Shown: positions 8,268-17,545 of the stretch, one piece after another
Position numbering within the stretch: position 1 is the stretch's first letter
Layout of the letters: every line of letters starts with the position of its first letter
From: an uncultured Ruminococcus sp.
GTDB taxonomy: Bacteria > Bacillota > Clostridia > Oscillospirales > CAG-272
Assembly: GCA_902779285.1 (NCBI GenBank)
Contig: CACZAZ010000006.1
Span: forward strand, 7,705-71,704
Reading direction: 5' to 3'
DNA length: 64,000 nucleotides
Made by a program: the position numbers and the translations under genes
The notes under the pieces: generated by a model
The model's input: the letters and a program-made list of their open reading frames with translations, nothing else
The model's database searches: none
Told to the model about the DNA's origin: nothing

Positions 8268-10013
8268 ATGGAAACGAGTTTTCAAAACGGGGCGATCGTC
8301 GCCCGGGGCAAGTTCCACGAGGACGCGGTCTGGGACGTTTTCGCAAACGACCTGCGCGTCCGGTTCGACGGCAAGGGCGGGGTCACCGAATATTCGATCT
8401 GCAACCATCCGGGCAGTTACCTGCGGAGGAGTTTTCTCAACGTCTTCGTGAACGGGGTGAAACTCGACGCGTTCACGGATAAGACCGTCGTGATGATCGG
8501 ACGGACGCAGAGGATCTTGCTCGACGCTTTCGGCGGGACGGTCGAGGTTTATCAGTTCATTCCGAAGCGCGGCAACGCCCTGTGCTTCGAGATCACGGCG
8601 AAAAAAGCGGCGAAATACGACTTCGTCTTTGATTTCGGGCAGGCAGTAAAGCACTTTTCCTACGCCGCGGACGCCGAAAACGAGTATATCCCCGAGAACT
8701 CCTCGGTCTATCTGCACACCGGGCGGAGCGTGCGGTTCGTTTGCTCCTACGGCACGGACGAGGCAAACTGCAAAGAGATCCTCTCCCGCTTCTCCGCCCT
8801 GAAAAAAGAGGTCGAGGACGAGATCGGGAGCGTGATGATCCCCGCGACGGCGAAGACCGAAAAGGACAAGGCGCTCTACGTTTCGAGCGTTTTCTGCGCG
8901 CTCGAGAACTATAAGGAGATCGGGGACTACAAGGGCTTTTCCGCCGGGTGCAGCTACGTCAATCCCGTCCGCACCTATTTCCGCGACTCCTATTGGACGA
9001 TGCTCGCGATGTATAAGGACTATCCCCGCCTCGTTCGGAACGAGATCCTGACCCTGTGTCACGGGATCGAAGAGAACGGCGACTGTCCCTCCGCCGTGAC
9101 CTACGAACTGGAACTGCATTGGAGGAATCATTACGACAGTCCGAGCTTTTTCGTTCTGATGGTCTACGACTATATCAACCGGACGGGCGACTTCTCGATC
9201 CTCGACGAGACGGTGAACGGCAGAACGGTCTACGATTGGTGCTTGCTGGTCGTCGACAAACTCTCCGCGTACGAGGACGAGACCCACCTGATCGTCAAGG
9301 AGGGACCGTTCAACAAGCGCGACTGGGCGGACGAGGTCAACCGGATCGGCTACGTCACCTACCTCGAACTGCTCTACGCCCGCGCGCTGTTCTGCGTTTC
9401 ACGGATCGCGGGGAAACGGGACGAAAAACGCGCCGCGAAGTATTACGGGATGCACCTGCAGACGAAAGACGCGATCAACGCGCTTCTCTGGGACGACGAA
9501 AAAGGATACTATATCAATTATAAGAACGGCGACTTCGTCGAGGACAACCTTTCGGTCGATACGATCCTCGCGGTGCTCTTCGGGATCGCGGATAAGGATA
9601 AGACCGAGCGGCTGCTCGACAACGTTTCGGCTCTGCTTGAATCGAAAAACAACAAGATCCAGCGGGCGGGCGACTTCGGCGTAATGAGCGTCTTCCCCTT
9701 CTACAAAGGGGAGGATCGGTACCACAACAAATCGTCGCAGGACTACGAATACCACAACGGCGCCGTCTGGCCGTATCTTGCCGCCCTCGTTGCCTATGCC
9801 GAGGCGCAGAACGGGCGGGATTACGAATACGCCCTGACTTCCTCCTTCGATTGGAATATCCCGCGGGGGAACTACACCCCGATCGAGTACTATTCCCCGA
9901 TCCGTCCCGACGGCTCGCTCCTGCAGGCGTGGAGCAGCGACGCCGCCTGGGTCTACGATTGGCAGAGCGACGACTTTTTCAAGGAAAACCAAGCCGTTTG
10001 GAAAACCGAATGA
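8268..10013 (+). CDS. six-hairpin glycoside hydrolase, paralog of 3318-5051
   Basis: 581 aa, colinear with the 3318-5051 product over its full length (FRDSYWT, YDSPSFFVLMVYDYINRTGDFSILDETV, YHNGAVWPY). Confidence 0.7.
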   Translation: METSFQNGAIVARGKFHEDAVWDVFANDLRVRFDGKGGVTEYSICNHPGSYLRRSFLNVFVNGVKLDAFTDKTVVMIGRTQRILLDAFGGTVEVYQFIPKRGNALCFEITAKKAAKYDFVFDFGQAVKHFSYAADAENEYIPENSSVYLHTGRSVRFVCSYGTDEANCKEILSRFSALKKEVEDEIGSVMIPATAKTEKDKALYVSSVFCALENYKEIGDYKGFSAGCSYVNPVRTYFRDSYWTMLAMYKDYPRLVRNEILTLCHGIEENGDCPSAVTYELELHWRNHYDSPSFFVLMVYDYINRTGDFSILDETVNGRTVYDWCLLVVDKLSAYEDETHLIVKEGPFNKRDWADEVNRIGYVTYLELLYARALFCVSRIAGKRDEKRAAKYYGMHLQTKDAINALLWDDEKGYYINYKNGDFVEDNLSVDTILAVLFGIADKDKTERLLDNVSALLESKNNKIQRAGDFGVMSVFPFYKGEDRYHNKSSQDYEYHNGAVWPYLAALVAYAEAQNGRDYEYALTSSFDWNIPRGNYTPIEYYSPIRPDGSLLQAWSSDAAWVYDWQSDDFFKENQAVWKTE

Positions 10014-10025
10014 CCAAACGACCGA

Positions 10026-10056
10026 AACGGCGCTCCGCTTGACGGAGCGCCGTTTT
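10026..10056 (+). terminator. rho-independent terminator
   Basis: AACGGCGCTCCG, loop cttga, CGGAGCGCCGTT, then TT. Confidence 0.75.
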
Positions 10057-10116
10057 AATGGTGGGATAAGGGGAGCGCCGCCCCGTGAAAAAAGTGAAAA
10101 AAAACGGTTTAAGACC

Positions 10117-10145
10117 TTGTAAAAATCTTTCCTATGTTGTATAAT
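10117..10145 (+). promoter_or_regulatory. sigma-A type promoter for glyA
   Basis: TTGTAA (10117-10122), 17-nt spacer, TATAAT (10140-10145). Confidence 0.65.
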
Positions 10146-10188
10146 TATTTGGAATATGCCAAACGGAAACGAAAAGAGAGGTACCCCC

Positions 10189-11442
10189 ATGATTTCTGAA
10201 ATGCTGAATCGCCTGACCGAGTCCGATCCCGAGATCGGCGCCGCCATCAAAGCCGAGTTCGAACGCCAGAAAAACGGGATCGAGCTGATCGCGTCGGAGA
10301 ACTTCGTCTCCGAGCCCGTCCTGCTCGCCGCAGGCACCATCCTCACCAACAAGTACGCGGAGGGTTATCCCGCGCACCGGTACTACGGCGGATGCGAAAA
10401 GGTCGACGTCGTGGAGAACCTCGCGATCGAGCGGGCGAAAAAGCTCTTCGGATGCGATTTCGCGAACGTCCAGCCCCACAGCGGCTCGCAGGCGAATACC
10501 GCCGTTTACGTCGCGCTGCTGAACACCGGCGACACGGTCCTCGGTATGTCGCTCTCGGACGGCGGACACCTGACCCACGGAAGCCCGGTCAACCTCTCGG
10601 GCAAATACTATAACTTCGTTCCCTACGGCGTCGACAACGAGACCCACCGCATCGACTACGACAAGGTCGAAGCGCTGGCGAAGGAAAAACAGCCCAAACT
10701 GATCGTGGCGGGCGCGTCCGCCTATCCCCGCGTCATCGACTTCGAGCGGCTCGCCGCGATCGCGCACGGCGTCGGGGCGTACCTGATGGTCGATATGGCG
10801 CACATCGCGGGGCTTGTCGCCGCGGGGCTTCATCCCTCTCCCCTGCCCTACGCCGACGTCGTCACCACCACGACCCATAAGACCCTTCGCGGTCCGAGAG
10901 GCGGCTTGATCCTCACGAACAACGAGGAGATCGCGAAGAAGATCAACAAGGCGATCTTCCCGGGCATCCAGGGCGGTCCCCTGCTCCATATCATCGCGGC
11001 GAAAGCCGTCTGCTTCGGCGAGGCGCTGAAGCCCGCCTTCAAAGCGTATCAGAAACAGATCGTTCTGAACGCCAAGACCCTTGCCGATCAGTTCGTGAAA
11101 GAGGGCTTTGAACTTGTTTCGGGCGGCACCGACAACCACCTGATGCTGCTGGATCTCCGTCCCTTCCGGATCACCGGGCGCGAACTCGAGGTCCGGCTCG
11201 ACGAGGTGCATATCACCGTCAATAAGAACGCCATCCCGAACGACCCCGAGAAACCCACCGTCACGAGCGGCATCCGGGTCGGCACCCCCGCCGTCACCTC
11301 GCGCGGGATGAAGGAAGACGAGATGAAGAAGATCGGGCGTCTGATCGCCCTGACCGCCGCCGATTTCGAGAAGAACGCCGATACCGTCCGGGCGGAGGTC
11401 GCGGAACTTTGCCGCCGTTTCCCGCTCTATGAAAACCTCTGA
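10189..11442 (+). CDS. glyA: serine hydroxymethyltransferase
   Basis: [15 protein letters not shown] and the [19 protein letters not shown]-lysine motif. ATG at 10189 after AGAGAGG. Confidence 0.97.
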   Translation: MISEMLNRLTESDPEIGAAIKAEFERQKNGIELIASENFVSEPVLLAAGTILTNKYAEGYPAHRYYGGCEKVDVVENLAIERAKKLFGCDFANVQPHSGSQANTAVYVALLNTGDTVLGMSLSDGGHLTHGSPVNLSGKYYNFVPYGVDNETHRIDYDKVEALAKEKQPKLIVAGASAYPRVIDFERLAAIAHGVGAYLMVDMAHIAGLVAAGLHPSPLPYADVVTTTTHKTLRGPRGGLILTNNEEIAKKINKAIFPGIQGGPLLHIIAAKAVCFGEALKPAFKAYQKQIVLNAKTLADQFVKEGFELVSGGTDNHLMLLDLRPFRITGRELEVRLDEVHITVNKNAIPNDPEKPTVTSGIRVGTPAVTSRGMKEDEMKKIGRLIALTAADFEKNADTVRAEVAELCRRFPLYENL

Positions 11443-11908
11443 CGCCGCGGCTCTCGTCGCCCTTCTCAAACGAAAGGGGCTGACCGTTTCGACGGCGGAA
11501 TCCTGCACCGGGGGCCTCGTCGCCTCGTCGATCGTCGACGTACCGGGCGCGAGCGCCGTTTTTCCGGGCGGCGCCGTGACCTACGCCGCGTCGGTCAAGA
11601 CCGCTTTGCTCGGCGTGCCGGCGGATCTGATCGAGACGCGCGGCGTGGTCAGCCACGACGTCGCCGCCGCGATGGCGAAGGGAGCGCAAAAGCGCTTCGG
11701 CACCGACCTCGCCGTGTCCGTCACCGGGGTCGCGGGACCCGACGGAGGGACCCCCGAAACGCCGGTCGGCTGCGTCTATATCGGAGTAGCGATCAAAGAT
11801 AAGACCGTCACGTTCCGCGAGGATATCCCGGGCGACCGGGAAGAGGTCAGACGCGGCGCCGCCGAACGGGCGATCCGCCGTTGTCTTGCCGAACTGACAA
11901 ACGAATGA
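11429..11908 (+). CDS. pncC: CinA C-terminal domain / nicotinamide-nucleotide amidohydrolase PncC-like
   Basis: [25 protein letters not shown] and [12 protein letters not shown] motifs. Overlaps the glyA stop by 14 nt. Confidence 0.85.
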   Translation: MKTSDAAALVALLKRKGLTVSTAESCTGGLVASSIVDVPGASAVFPGGAVTYAASVKTALLGVPADLIETRGVVSHDVAAAMAKGAQKRFGTDLAVSVTGVAGPDGGTPETPVGCVYIGVAIKDKTVTFREDIPGDREEVRRGAAERAIRRCLAELTNE

Positions 11909-11951
11909 TTTTTCTCCCACGGGAGAAACGGAGAAAGGAAGCCGGACTGCT

Positions 11952-13016
11952 ATGAAAAAGTTCAGAAGAATCGGCGTACTGACGTCGGGGGGAGACGCCC
12001 CCGGCATGAACGCGGCGATCCGCGCCGTCACCCGCACCGCGATCGCGCACGGTGTCGAGGTCATGGGGATCTACCGCGGGTACAGCGGACTGATCGACGG
12101 GGATATCAAACAACTGGGTATCCGCGACGTCTCGAACTGTATCAACCACGGCGGCACCATGCTCTATTCCGACCGCTGCCCCGAGTTCAAGACCGAGGCG
12201 GGTATGGCGAAAGCCGTCGAGACCTGCCGCCGTCTTGAGATCGACGGGATCGTCGCCATCGGCGGCGACGGTACTTTCCGCGGCGCGACCGACCTGACCA
12301 ACCACGGGATCCCCTGCGTGGGTCTTCCCGGCACCATCGACAACGATATCACCTCGACCGATCTTTCGATCGGTTTCGATACCGCGATGAACACCGTGAT
12401 CGAGATGGTCGACCGCCTGCGCGACACCTGCGAATCCCACGCGCGCTGCAACGTCGTCGAGGTCATGGGCAGGGACGCAGGCGATATCGCCCTGCGTTCG
12501 GGCATCGCCTCGGGCGCGACCGCCGTCGCCATCCCCGAAATTCCGTTCGACGCCGACGGCACGATCGAGAAGATCAAGCGTTCCAAGGCGCTCGGCAAGC
12601 GGAACTTCATCATCATCGTCTCGGAGGGCTGCGGACACGATTTCGGTCCGAGTTTCACCGAGCGCGTCGAGCGTGAGACCGGGGTCGAATCGCGCTTCGC
12701 GAGATTGGCGCACGTCGTCCGCGGCGGCAACCCGAATCTTGCCGACCGTCTGCTCTCGTCCCTGATGGGCGTCTACGCCGTCGAGCAGCTGCTGGAAGGC
12801 AAATCGAACATCGTCATCTGCTCGCGCGCCGGAAAGATCGTTTCGACCGAGATCAACTACGCGCTGGTGCTCGACCGGATGTATAAGGACAAGCTGAAGC
12901 CGGGGGATCTCGATCCCTTCACGGCGGAACAGGTCGACGAGATGAAGCGCTTCTGCGAGAAGAAACGCGCCGATCTCGTTTCGCTCTACGAAAAGGTCGA
13001 CCTTCTCGGATTGTGA
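11952..13016 (+). CDS. pfkA: ATP-dependent 6-phosphofructokinase
   Basis: IGVLTSGGDAPGMNAAIRAV, GGDGT and PGTIDNDI motifs. Confidence 0.95.
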   Translation: MKKFRRIGVLTSGGDAPGMNAAIRAVTRTAIAHGVEVMGIYRGYSGLIDGDIKQLGIRDVSNCINHGGTMLYSDRCPEFKTEAGMAKAVETCRRLEIDGIVAIGGDGTFRGATDLTNHGIPCVGLPGTIDNDITSTDLSIGFDTAMNTVIEMVDRLRDTCESHARCNVVEVMGRDAGDIALRSGIASGATAVAIPEIPFDADGTIEKIKRSKALGKRNFIIIVSEGCGHDFGPSFTERVERETGVESRFARLAHVVRGGNPNLADRLLSSLMGVYAVEQLLEGKSNIVICSRAGKIVSTEINYALVLDRMYKDKLKPGDLDPFTAEQVDEMKRFCEKKRADLVSLYEKVDLLGL

Positions 13017-13444
13017 TGAAGACCGAGAATCCGGGACCGGAGTTTGAAAAGCTGCCGGAGACGACCGTCCCCGAGACGAAAGCGGCAGTCCACGCGCCGG
13101 TAGAGACCGTCCCCGAAACCGAAGAAGCGTCGAAGCCGTCTCGCGCGGAAAAGGCGTTCGGGATCCTTTCGGGCGTCTCCTTCGCGCTCGCCGTCGCCGC
13201 CTTTCTCGTGATGGTCTATATCTACACGGATAAGGACCTGACCGTCTCCCCCTACCTCACCGCTTCCCTGTCGCTCGCCTTCGGTTTCGGGATCGGCTTC
13301 GGGATGCTCTTCCGCACCTTCCAAAGAAAAGAGGAAAACGTCAGCTCGATCAACTACTTTTTCAAGATCGGCTTCTCTTTCCTGGTCCTGCTCACCGCCC
13401 TGCTCACCTTCCTCTTTTCCCTTCTTAAAATACGGCTTTCCTGA
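13013..13444 (+). CDS. hypothetical membrane protein (PET-rich N-terminus, 3 predicted TM helices)
   Basis: The ATG overlaps the pfkA stop (ATGA). Hydrophobic segments are visible. No family recognised. Confidence 0.6.
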   Translation: MMKTENPGPEFEKLPETTVPETKAAVHAPVETVPETEEASKPSRAEKAFGILSGVSFALAVAAFLVMVYIYTDKDLTVSPYLTASLSLAFGFGIGFGMLFRTFQRKEENVSSINYFFKIGFSFLVLLTALLTFLFSLLKIRLS

Positions 13445-13460
13445 TTTCACAAAAAAACGA

Positions 13461-13494
13461 AACGCCTCCCGCAAAGGGAGGCGTTTTGATTTTG
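13461..13494. terminator. bidirectional rho-independent terminator
   Basis: AACGCCTCCC, loop gcaaa, GGGAGGCGTT, then TTGATTTT. An A-run lies upstream. It sits between convergent genes. Confidence 0.8.
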
Positions 13495-13543
13495 GAAAAA
13501 GGGAATATTCGGAGTGGGACGGGCATAGGTTGTACCGTCCGCG

Positions 13544-13795
13544 TCAATCCTTCTTTTCACCGAGTTCCCGCAGACAAGCGGCGCAGACCGAACGACCGCG
13601 GAACGTGGTCAGATCCCCGCCGTTCTTGCCGCAGAAAACGCAGACGGAACCGGATTTCCGGATCACGATCGCGTCGTTCTCCGACGAGATATCCACGGGG
13701 TCTCCCTCCTCCAGATAAAGTGATTTCCGCATCTCTTTCGGAATGACGATCCGTCCGAGCGCGTCGATCCTTCTGACGATACCGATCGATTTCAT
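13544..13795 (-). CDS. abrB: AbrB-family transition-state regulator (clostridial type with C-terminal CxxC..CxxC)
   Basis: MKSIGIVRRIDALGRIVIPKEMRK SpoVT/AbrB swapped-hairpin N-terminus. GGAGGA lies 7 nt upstream of the ATG at 13795. C-terminal CVFCG...CAAC. Confidence 0.9.
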   Translation of the reverse strand: MKSIGIVRRIDALGRIVIPKEMRKSLYLEEGDPVDISSENDAIVIRKSGSVCVFCGKNGGDLTTFRGRSVCAACLRELGEKKD

Positions 13796-13862
13796 TGTCA
13801 ATTCCTCCATGTCATGTCAGTACGCAATTACGGTCGGGCAGCAACGCCCTTTACCATAGTTA

Positions 13863-13891
13863 AATATATCACAAATTGTCGAAAATGTCAA
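13863..13891 (-). promoter_or_regulatory. sigma-A type promoter of abrB
   Basis: On the minus strand: TTGACA (13891-13886), 17-nt spacer, TATATT (13868-13863). Confidence 0.6.
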
Positions 13892-13923
13892 GAAAAAAGA
13901 AAGATTTGTCGAAAAACGGCTGC
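13877..13923 (+). promoter_or_regulatory. two Spo0A boxes (TGTCGAA)
   Basis: Exact TGTCGAA at 13877-13883, inside the abrB promoter spacer, and at 13917-13923. A degenerate TGTCAAG lies at 13886-13892. Confidence 0.6.
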
Positions 13924-13964
13924 TTTGATGCCGATTCTTGCACGCTTCGGAGGGGGGTGATCGG

Positions 13965-14888
13965 ATGAGTCGCGAAAACCGCGATCCCGTCTCGGTCCTG
14001 TTCTCGTTCGTTTCCGGTTTTCTCCCCGACCGTCTGCTCCGGGAGATCGGACGGGTGCGGGACGCTTCGGTCGGCTTTGACGAGATGATCCGGGAGATCC
14101 GGCTCCACGCCGACCGTCCCGCTTTCCTTCTGATCGGCGGGCGGACGGCGGCGCTCCCGGTCGCGCTCACCGGGGAGGAACTCTTCGCGTTCGTCCGCGG
14201 GATCGCGGGCGGTTCGCTCTACGCCTACCTCGATTGCATCCGCGAGGGCTATCTCCCCCTCCCCGGCGGCTCGCGGGCGGGGATCGCGGGGGATTTCGTC
14301 ACCGAAAACGGAAGGATCGCCGGGATCCGGCGGATCGATTCGGTCGTGATCCGCGTCCCGCACGCCGTAAAAAACGCGGGGGAACTCGCGGAGCGGGTCT
14401 TCCGCCGGGAGGGCTGCCGCCGGGGGCTGTTGATCTTCGCGCCGCCCGGCTGCGGAAAAACCACCGTCCTGCGCGATCTCGGACGGCGGCTCGCGGGCGG
14501 ACCGCACCCCCTCCGGACCGCGATCGTCGACTGCCGGGGCGAACTGTCGGGCGATTGGTACGGCGCCGGCGCCTGCGTCGATCTTCTGACCGGCTGCGGG
14601 AAAGCCGAGGGGATCGCTCTCGCGACCCGCACCCTCTCCCCCGACGTGATCCTGATCGACGAGATCGGCGGAGCGGAGGAGGTCGCCGCCATCCGCGGGG
14701 TCGAGTCGGGCGGCGTTCCGATCGTCGCGACCGTCCACGGGTCTTCGCTCGAACGGCTCTTTGCCGATTCCCCGATCTCCCCCCTCCTCCGGGGAGGGAT
14801 CTTCGGGGGATTCGTCGGGATCCGGCGCGCCCCGGACGGCGGTTTTCTCCGCTACGAAGCGGAAAAACCGCGGGAAAAGGCGGGATAG
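13965..14888 (+). CDS. spoIIIAA: stage III sporulation protein AA (ATPase)
   Basis: Walker A APPGCGKTT. GGAGGGGGG precedes the ATG at 13965. First gene of an eight-gene spoIIIA-ordered operon. Confidence 0.9.
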   Translation: MSRENRDPVSVLFSFVSGFLPDRLLREIGRVRDASVGFDEMIREIRLHADRPAFLLIGGRTAALPVALTGEELFAFVRGIAGGSLYAYLDCIREGYLPLPGGSRAGIAGDFVTENGRIAGIRRIDSVVIRVPHAVKNAGELAERVFRREGCRRGLLIFAPPGCGKTTVLRDLGRRLAGGPHPLRTAIVDCRGELSGDWYGAGACVDLLTGCGKAEGIALATRTLSPDVILIDEIGGAEEVAAIRGVESGGVPIVATVHGSSLERLFADSPISPLLRGGIFGGFVGIRRAPDGGFLRYEAEKPREKAG

Positions 14889-14890
14889 CC

Positions 14891-15364
14891 GTGCGGTGGC
14901 TGATCTTTGCGCTCTATCTCGGCTGTCTCTTTCTTCTGCCGCTCGGGATCCGGCGGCGCGAAAACGAACGGACGGCGGCTGTCTCGGAGTTCCTTTCCCT
15001 TCTTTTGCGGATCCGGCGCGAGATCGCGTGCTTTTCCCGCCCCCTCTCCGACGTTTGCAGGACGGCGGATCTCCCAACTTTGCGCAGGGCGGGCTTCTTC
15101 GACGCGCTCGACCGGGGCAGCCCGCTCTCGGCGTTCCGGAGCGTTTCCCGGTCGCTCCCTCCCGACGCCGCCGCGCTGCTCGACGGGTTCTTTTCCGGGG
15201 CGGGCGCGCCGAAAAAGGACGAGGAACTCGCCGCCTGCGACCGCGTGATCGCGGAACTCGACGGGATCGTCGCCCGCGAAAAGAAGGACGGCGCCGCCCG
15301 CGTCAAACTGCGCTCCACGCTGACCGTAACAAGCGGGCTGCTGTTTCTTCTGCTGGTTATCTGA
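14891..15364 (+). CDS. spoIIIAB: stage III sporulation protein AB
   Basis: The last 157 codons of tracked ORF 14234-15364, starting at an in-frame GTG just after the spoIIIAA stop. TM helices at the N- and C-termini. Assignment also rests on operon position. Confidence 0.75.
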   Translation: MRWLIFALYLGCLFLLPLGIRRRENERTAAVSEFLSLLLRIRREIACFSRPLSDVCRTADLPTLRRAGFFDALDRGSPLSAFRSVSRSLPPDAAALLDGFFSGAGAPKKDEELAACDRVIAELDGIVAREKKDGAARVKLRSTLTVTSGLLFLLLVI

Positions 15365-15381
15365 CGAAAGGAGAAAAAACG

Positions 15382-15576
15382 ATGGACGTCTCCTTGATCT
15401 TAAAGATCGCCGGGGTGGGCTTTCTCGTCTCGGTCGCCTGCCAGATCCTCGGAAAAGCCGGGCGGGAGGAACAGTCGACCCTGCTCTCGATCGCCGGGAT
15501 CGTGATCGTTTTCCTGCTTCTCGTCCGCGAGATCGGAGAACTGTTCGACGCGGTGCGGGAGGTGTTCGGCATCTGA
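15382..15576 (+). CDS. spoIIIAC: stage III sporulation protein AC
   Basis: 64-aa two-TM protein, MDVSLILKIAGVGFLVSVACQILGKAGREEQ. RBS AAAGGAG. Confidence 0.85.
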   Translation: MDVSLILKIAGVGFLVSVACQILGKAGREEQSTLLSIAGIVIVFLLLVREIGELFDAVREVFGI

Positions 15577-15959
15577 TGCTGAAACTGGTCGGGATCGCCC
15601 TGCTGACTTCTCTTTCCGTTCTGATCCTGAAGGGTCAGAATGGAAAGATCGCGCCGCTCATCTCGCTCTCCGGGATCCTTCTTCTGCTCCTGTTCTTTCT
15701 CCGCCGCCTCGGGGGGGCGGTCGCGATTTTCTGCGATCTTGCCGCCGATTCCGCCCTCTCTCCGTATCTGGAAACGCTGCTCAAAGTGCTTTCCTGCGGA
15801 TACCTTACCGAGATCGGCTCGGGGATCTGCCGCGAACTCGGGGAGAACGGCGCCGCCTCCGCCCTCGCGTGCGTGGGGAGGGGCGAGATCCTTCTTCTCT
15901 CTCTTCCCGATTTTCTCGCGCTTACCAAACTCGCCCTCTCGCTTGCCGGCGGGGGATGA
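15576..15959 (+). CDS. spoIIIAD: stage III sporulation protein AD
   Basis: 127-aa polytopic membrane protein. Its ATG overlaps the spoIIIAC stop. Confidence 0.85.
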   Translation: MLKLVGIALLTSLSVLILKGQNGKIAPLISLSGILLLLLFFLRRLGGAVAIFCDLAADSALSPYLETLLKVLSCGYLTEIGSGICRELGENGAASALACVGRGEILLLSLPDFLALTKLALSLAGGG

Positions 15960-15977
15960 ACCGAAAGGAGACGCGCC

Positions 15978-17099
15978 GTGAAGCGGTACTGTCCGATCCT
16001 TTTCGCGCTGCTTCTCGTCTCCCTGTTCGCGCTCCCCGTCTCCGCCACCGGAAACGCCGAAGGAAACGACGCGGGGGCGGCTTCGTGGGGCGATTTCCTT
16101 TCGGGGGTGCCCGACGGAGTACGCGAAAACCTCCCGTCGGAGGGGAACGCGGAGGAACTTACAGAACTGGTCGGGGTCAAATCGCTTTTCGCCCTGCTCG
16201 CCGCGGGATTCTCGGACGGGTGGAGGACCGTTCTCCCCGGCTTTTTCTCGCTTCTCGCGCTGGTTTTGCTCGCGGCGTGCTACGAACTGTTCGCCAGGGG
16301 CGGGACGGGCGAGCAGACCCTTGTTTCGGGGGCGCTCTCGGTCACGGTCTCGCTCGCGGTCTTCCGGGTCGCGGAGGGGACGGTTGCGGGCGTGACCGAC
16401 TGCCTTTCGTCTCTTACCCGGGTCCTCGGCGCGTTTCTGCCCGTGATGACCGCCCTTTCGGTCTCGGGCGGCGGGGTCGCCTCGGCGGCGTCCGCCGCGA
16501 GCGGTACGGCGGCGGTGCTCTCGCTCGTCGGGTTGTTCTTCTGCCGCGTTCTCCCCGCCGTCGCGGGCTGCTGCTTCGGGCTGTCTCTCGTCGGGACGCT
16601 CGGGGGCGAGAATCTGAAACTCGACGGGATCTCGTCCAACCTCCGGGGCTTCTTTCTCTTCGCTTCGGGCGTTCTTTCCACCCTCTTTACCGGGTCGCTC
16701 GCCCTGCAGACCGGGCTCTCGGCGTCGTCGGACGGTATGGCGCTGAAGACCGCGAAGACCGCCCTCTCCGGGATGATCCCGATCGTCGGCGGGACGGTGT
16801 CGGGATCGCTCTCGACCGTTTCGGGCTCTCTTGCGCTTCTCAGGCGCTCGGTCGGGGTCGGCGCGGTCTACGCCCTGCTCCTTCTGCTTCTCCCGACTTT
16901 GCTCCGTCTGCTTCTCTTCCGTTTTTCTTTTTCGCTCTCGGCGGCGGTCGCGCGGGCGTTCTCGCTGTCGCATACCGAACGCCTGCTGGGAGAGTTCCGC
17001 GGGGTCTTCGATCTTCTGCTCGCCTCGCTTGCGATGGGGGCGTCGATCCTGTTCATTTCCGTCGGGATCCTCGTCCGGTGCGCGCCGTCCTTCTCATGA
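15978..17099 (+). CDS. spoIIIAE: stage III sporulation protein AE
   Basis: 373-aa protein with a signal peptide and multiple TM helices. GTG start. Assignment also rests on operon position. Confidence 0.85.
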   Translation: MKRYCPILFALLLVSLFALPVSATGNAEGNDAGAASWGDFLSGVPDGVRENLPSEGNAEELTELVGVKSLFALLAAGFSDGWRTVLPGFFSLLALVLLAACYELFARGGTGEQTLVSGALSVTVSLAVFRVAEGTVAGVTDCLSSLTRVLGAFLPVMTALSVSGGGVASAASAASGTAAVLSLVGLFFCRVLPAVAGCCFGLSLVGTLGGENLKLDGISSNLRGFFLFASGVLSTLFTGSLALQTGLSASSDGMALKTAKTALSGMIPIVGGTVSGSLSTVSGSLALLRRSVGVGAVYALLLLLLPTLLRLLLFRFSFSLSAAVARAFSLSHTERLLGEFRGVFDLLLASLAMGASILFISVGILVRCAPSFS

Positions 17100-17545
17100 A
17101 GATCCTTCCGACCGTCCTTCTCGTCGCGGCGGCGGCAAACGCCGCGTCCGCGCTCGCACCCCGGGGCAAAACGAGGCGCACCGTCCTGTTTGCCGTCGCG
17201 CTCTCGACCCTGCTCGCCCTGATCCTCCCGATCCTCTCGGCGTTAGATAACCTCCCCGCCCTGCCGGGACCGATCCCCGAAGACCGGAGCGAGACCGAGA
17301 ACGCAGACCCCGTACGCGCCGTCGAGCGTGCGGCGGCAAACGTCCTCTCCGACGAGATCGCCCGCCGTTTCGGAGTCGAGCCGCCCCGGGTCGACGTTAC
17401 CCTGCCGAAAACCGATGGAGACCCCGGTTCGATCCGCGTCGTTCTGGCGAACGGCGACGGGAGACTTGCCGATAAGATCGCCGCGTGGCTGAAATGCGAG
17501 AGCCGCGCCGTCGTGACCGTTTTGACCGCGGAGGAGACCGGATGA
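17096..17545 (+). CDS. spoIIIAF: stage III sporulation protein AF (short form)
   Basis: The last 149 codons of tracked ORF 15869-17545. ATGA overlap with spoIIIAE. Two N-terminal TM helices. Assigned mainly by position. Confidence 0.65.
   Translation: MKILPTVLLVAAAANAASALAPRGKTRRTVLFAVALSTLLALILPILSALDNLPALPGPIPEDRSETENADPVRAVERAAANVLSDEIARRFGVEPPRVDVTLPKTDGDPGSIRVVLANGDGRLADKIAAWLKCESRAVVTVLTAEETG

Noticed and set aside
14234-17545. Long tracked ORFs 14234-15364 (376 aa), 14761-15576 (271 aa) and 15869-17545 (558 aa) within the spoIIIA operon.
   Set aside because: Only their 3' portions correspond to SpoIIIAB (157 aa), SpoIIIAC (64 aa) and SpoIIIAF (149 aa). The upstream parts overlap spoIIIAA and spoIIIAE out of frame and are Arg/Pro-rich artefacts.
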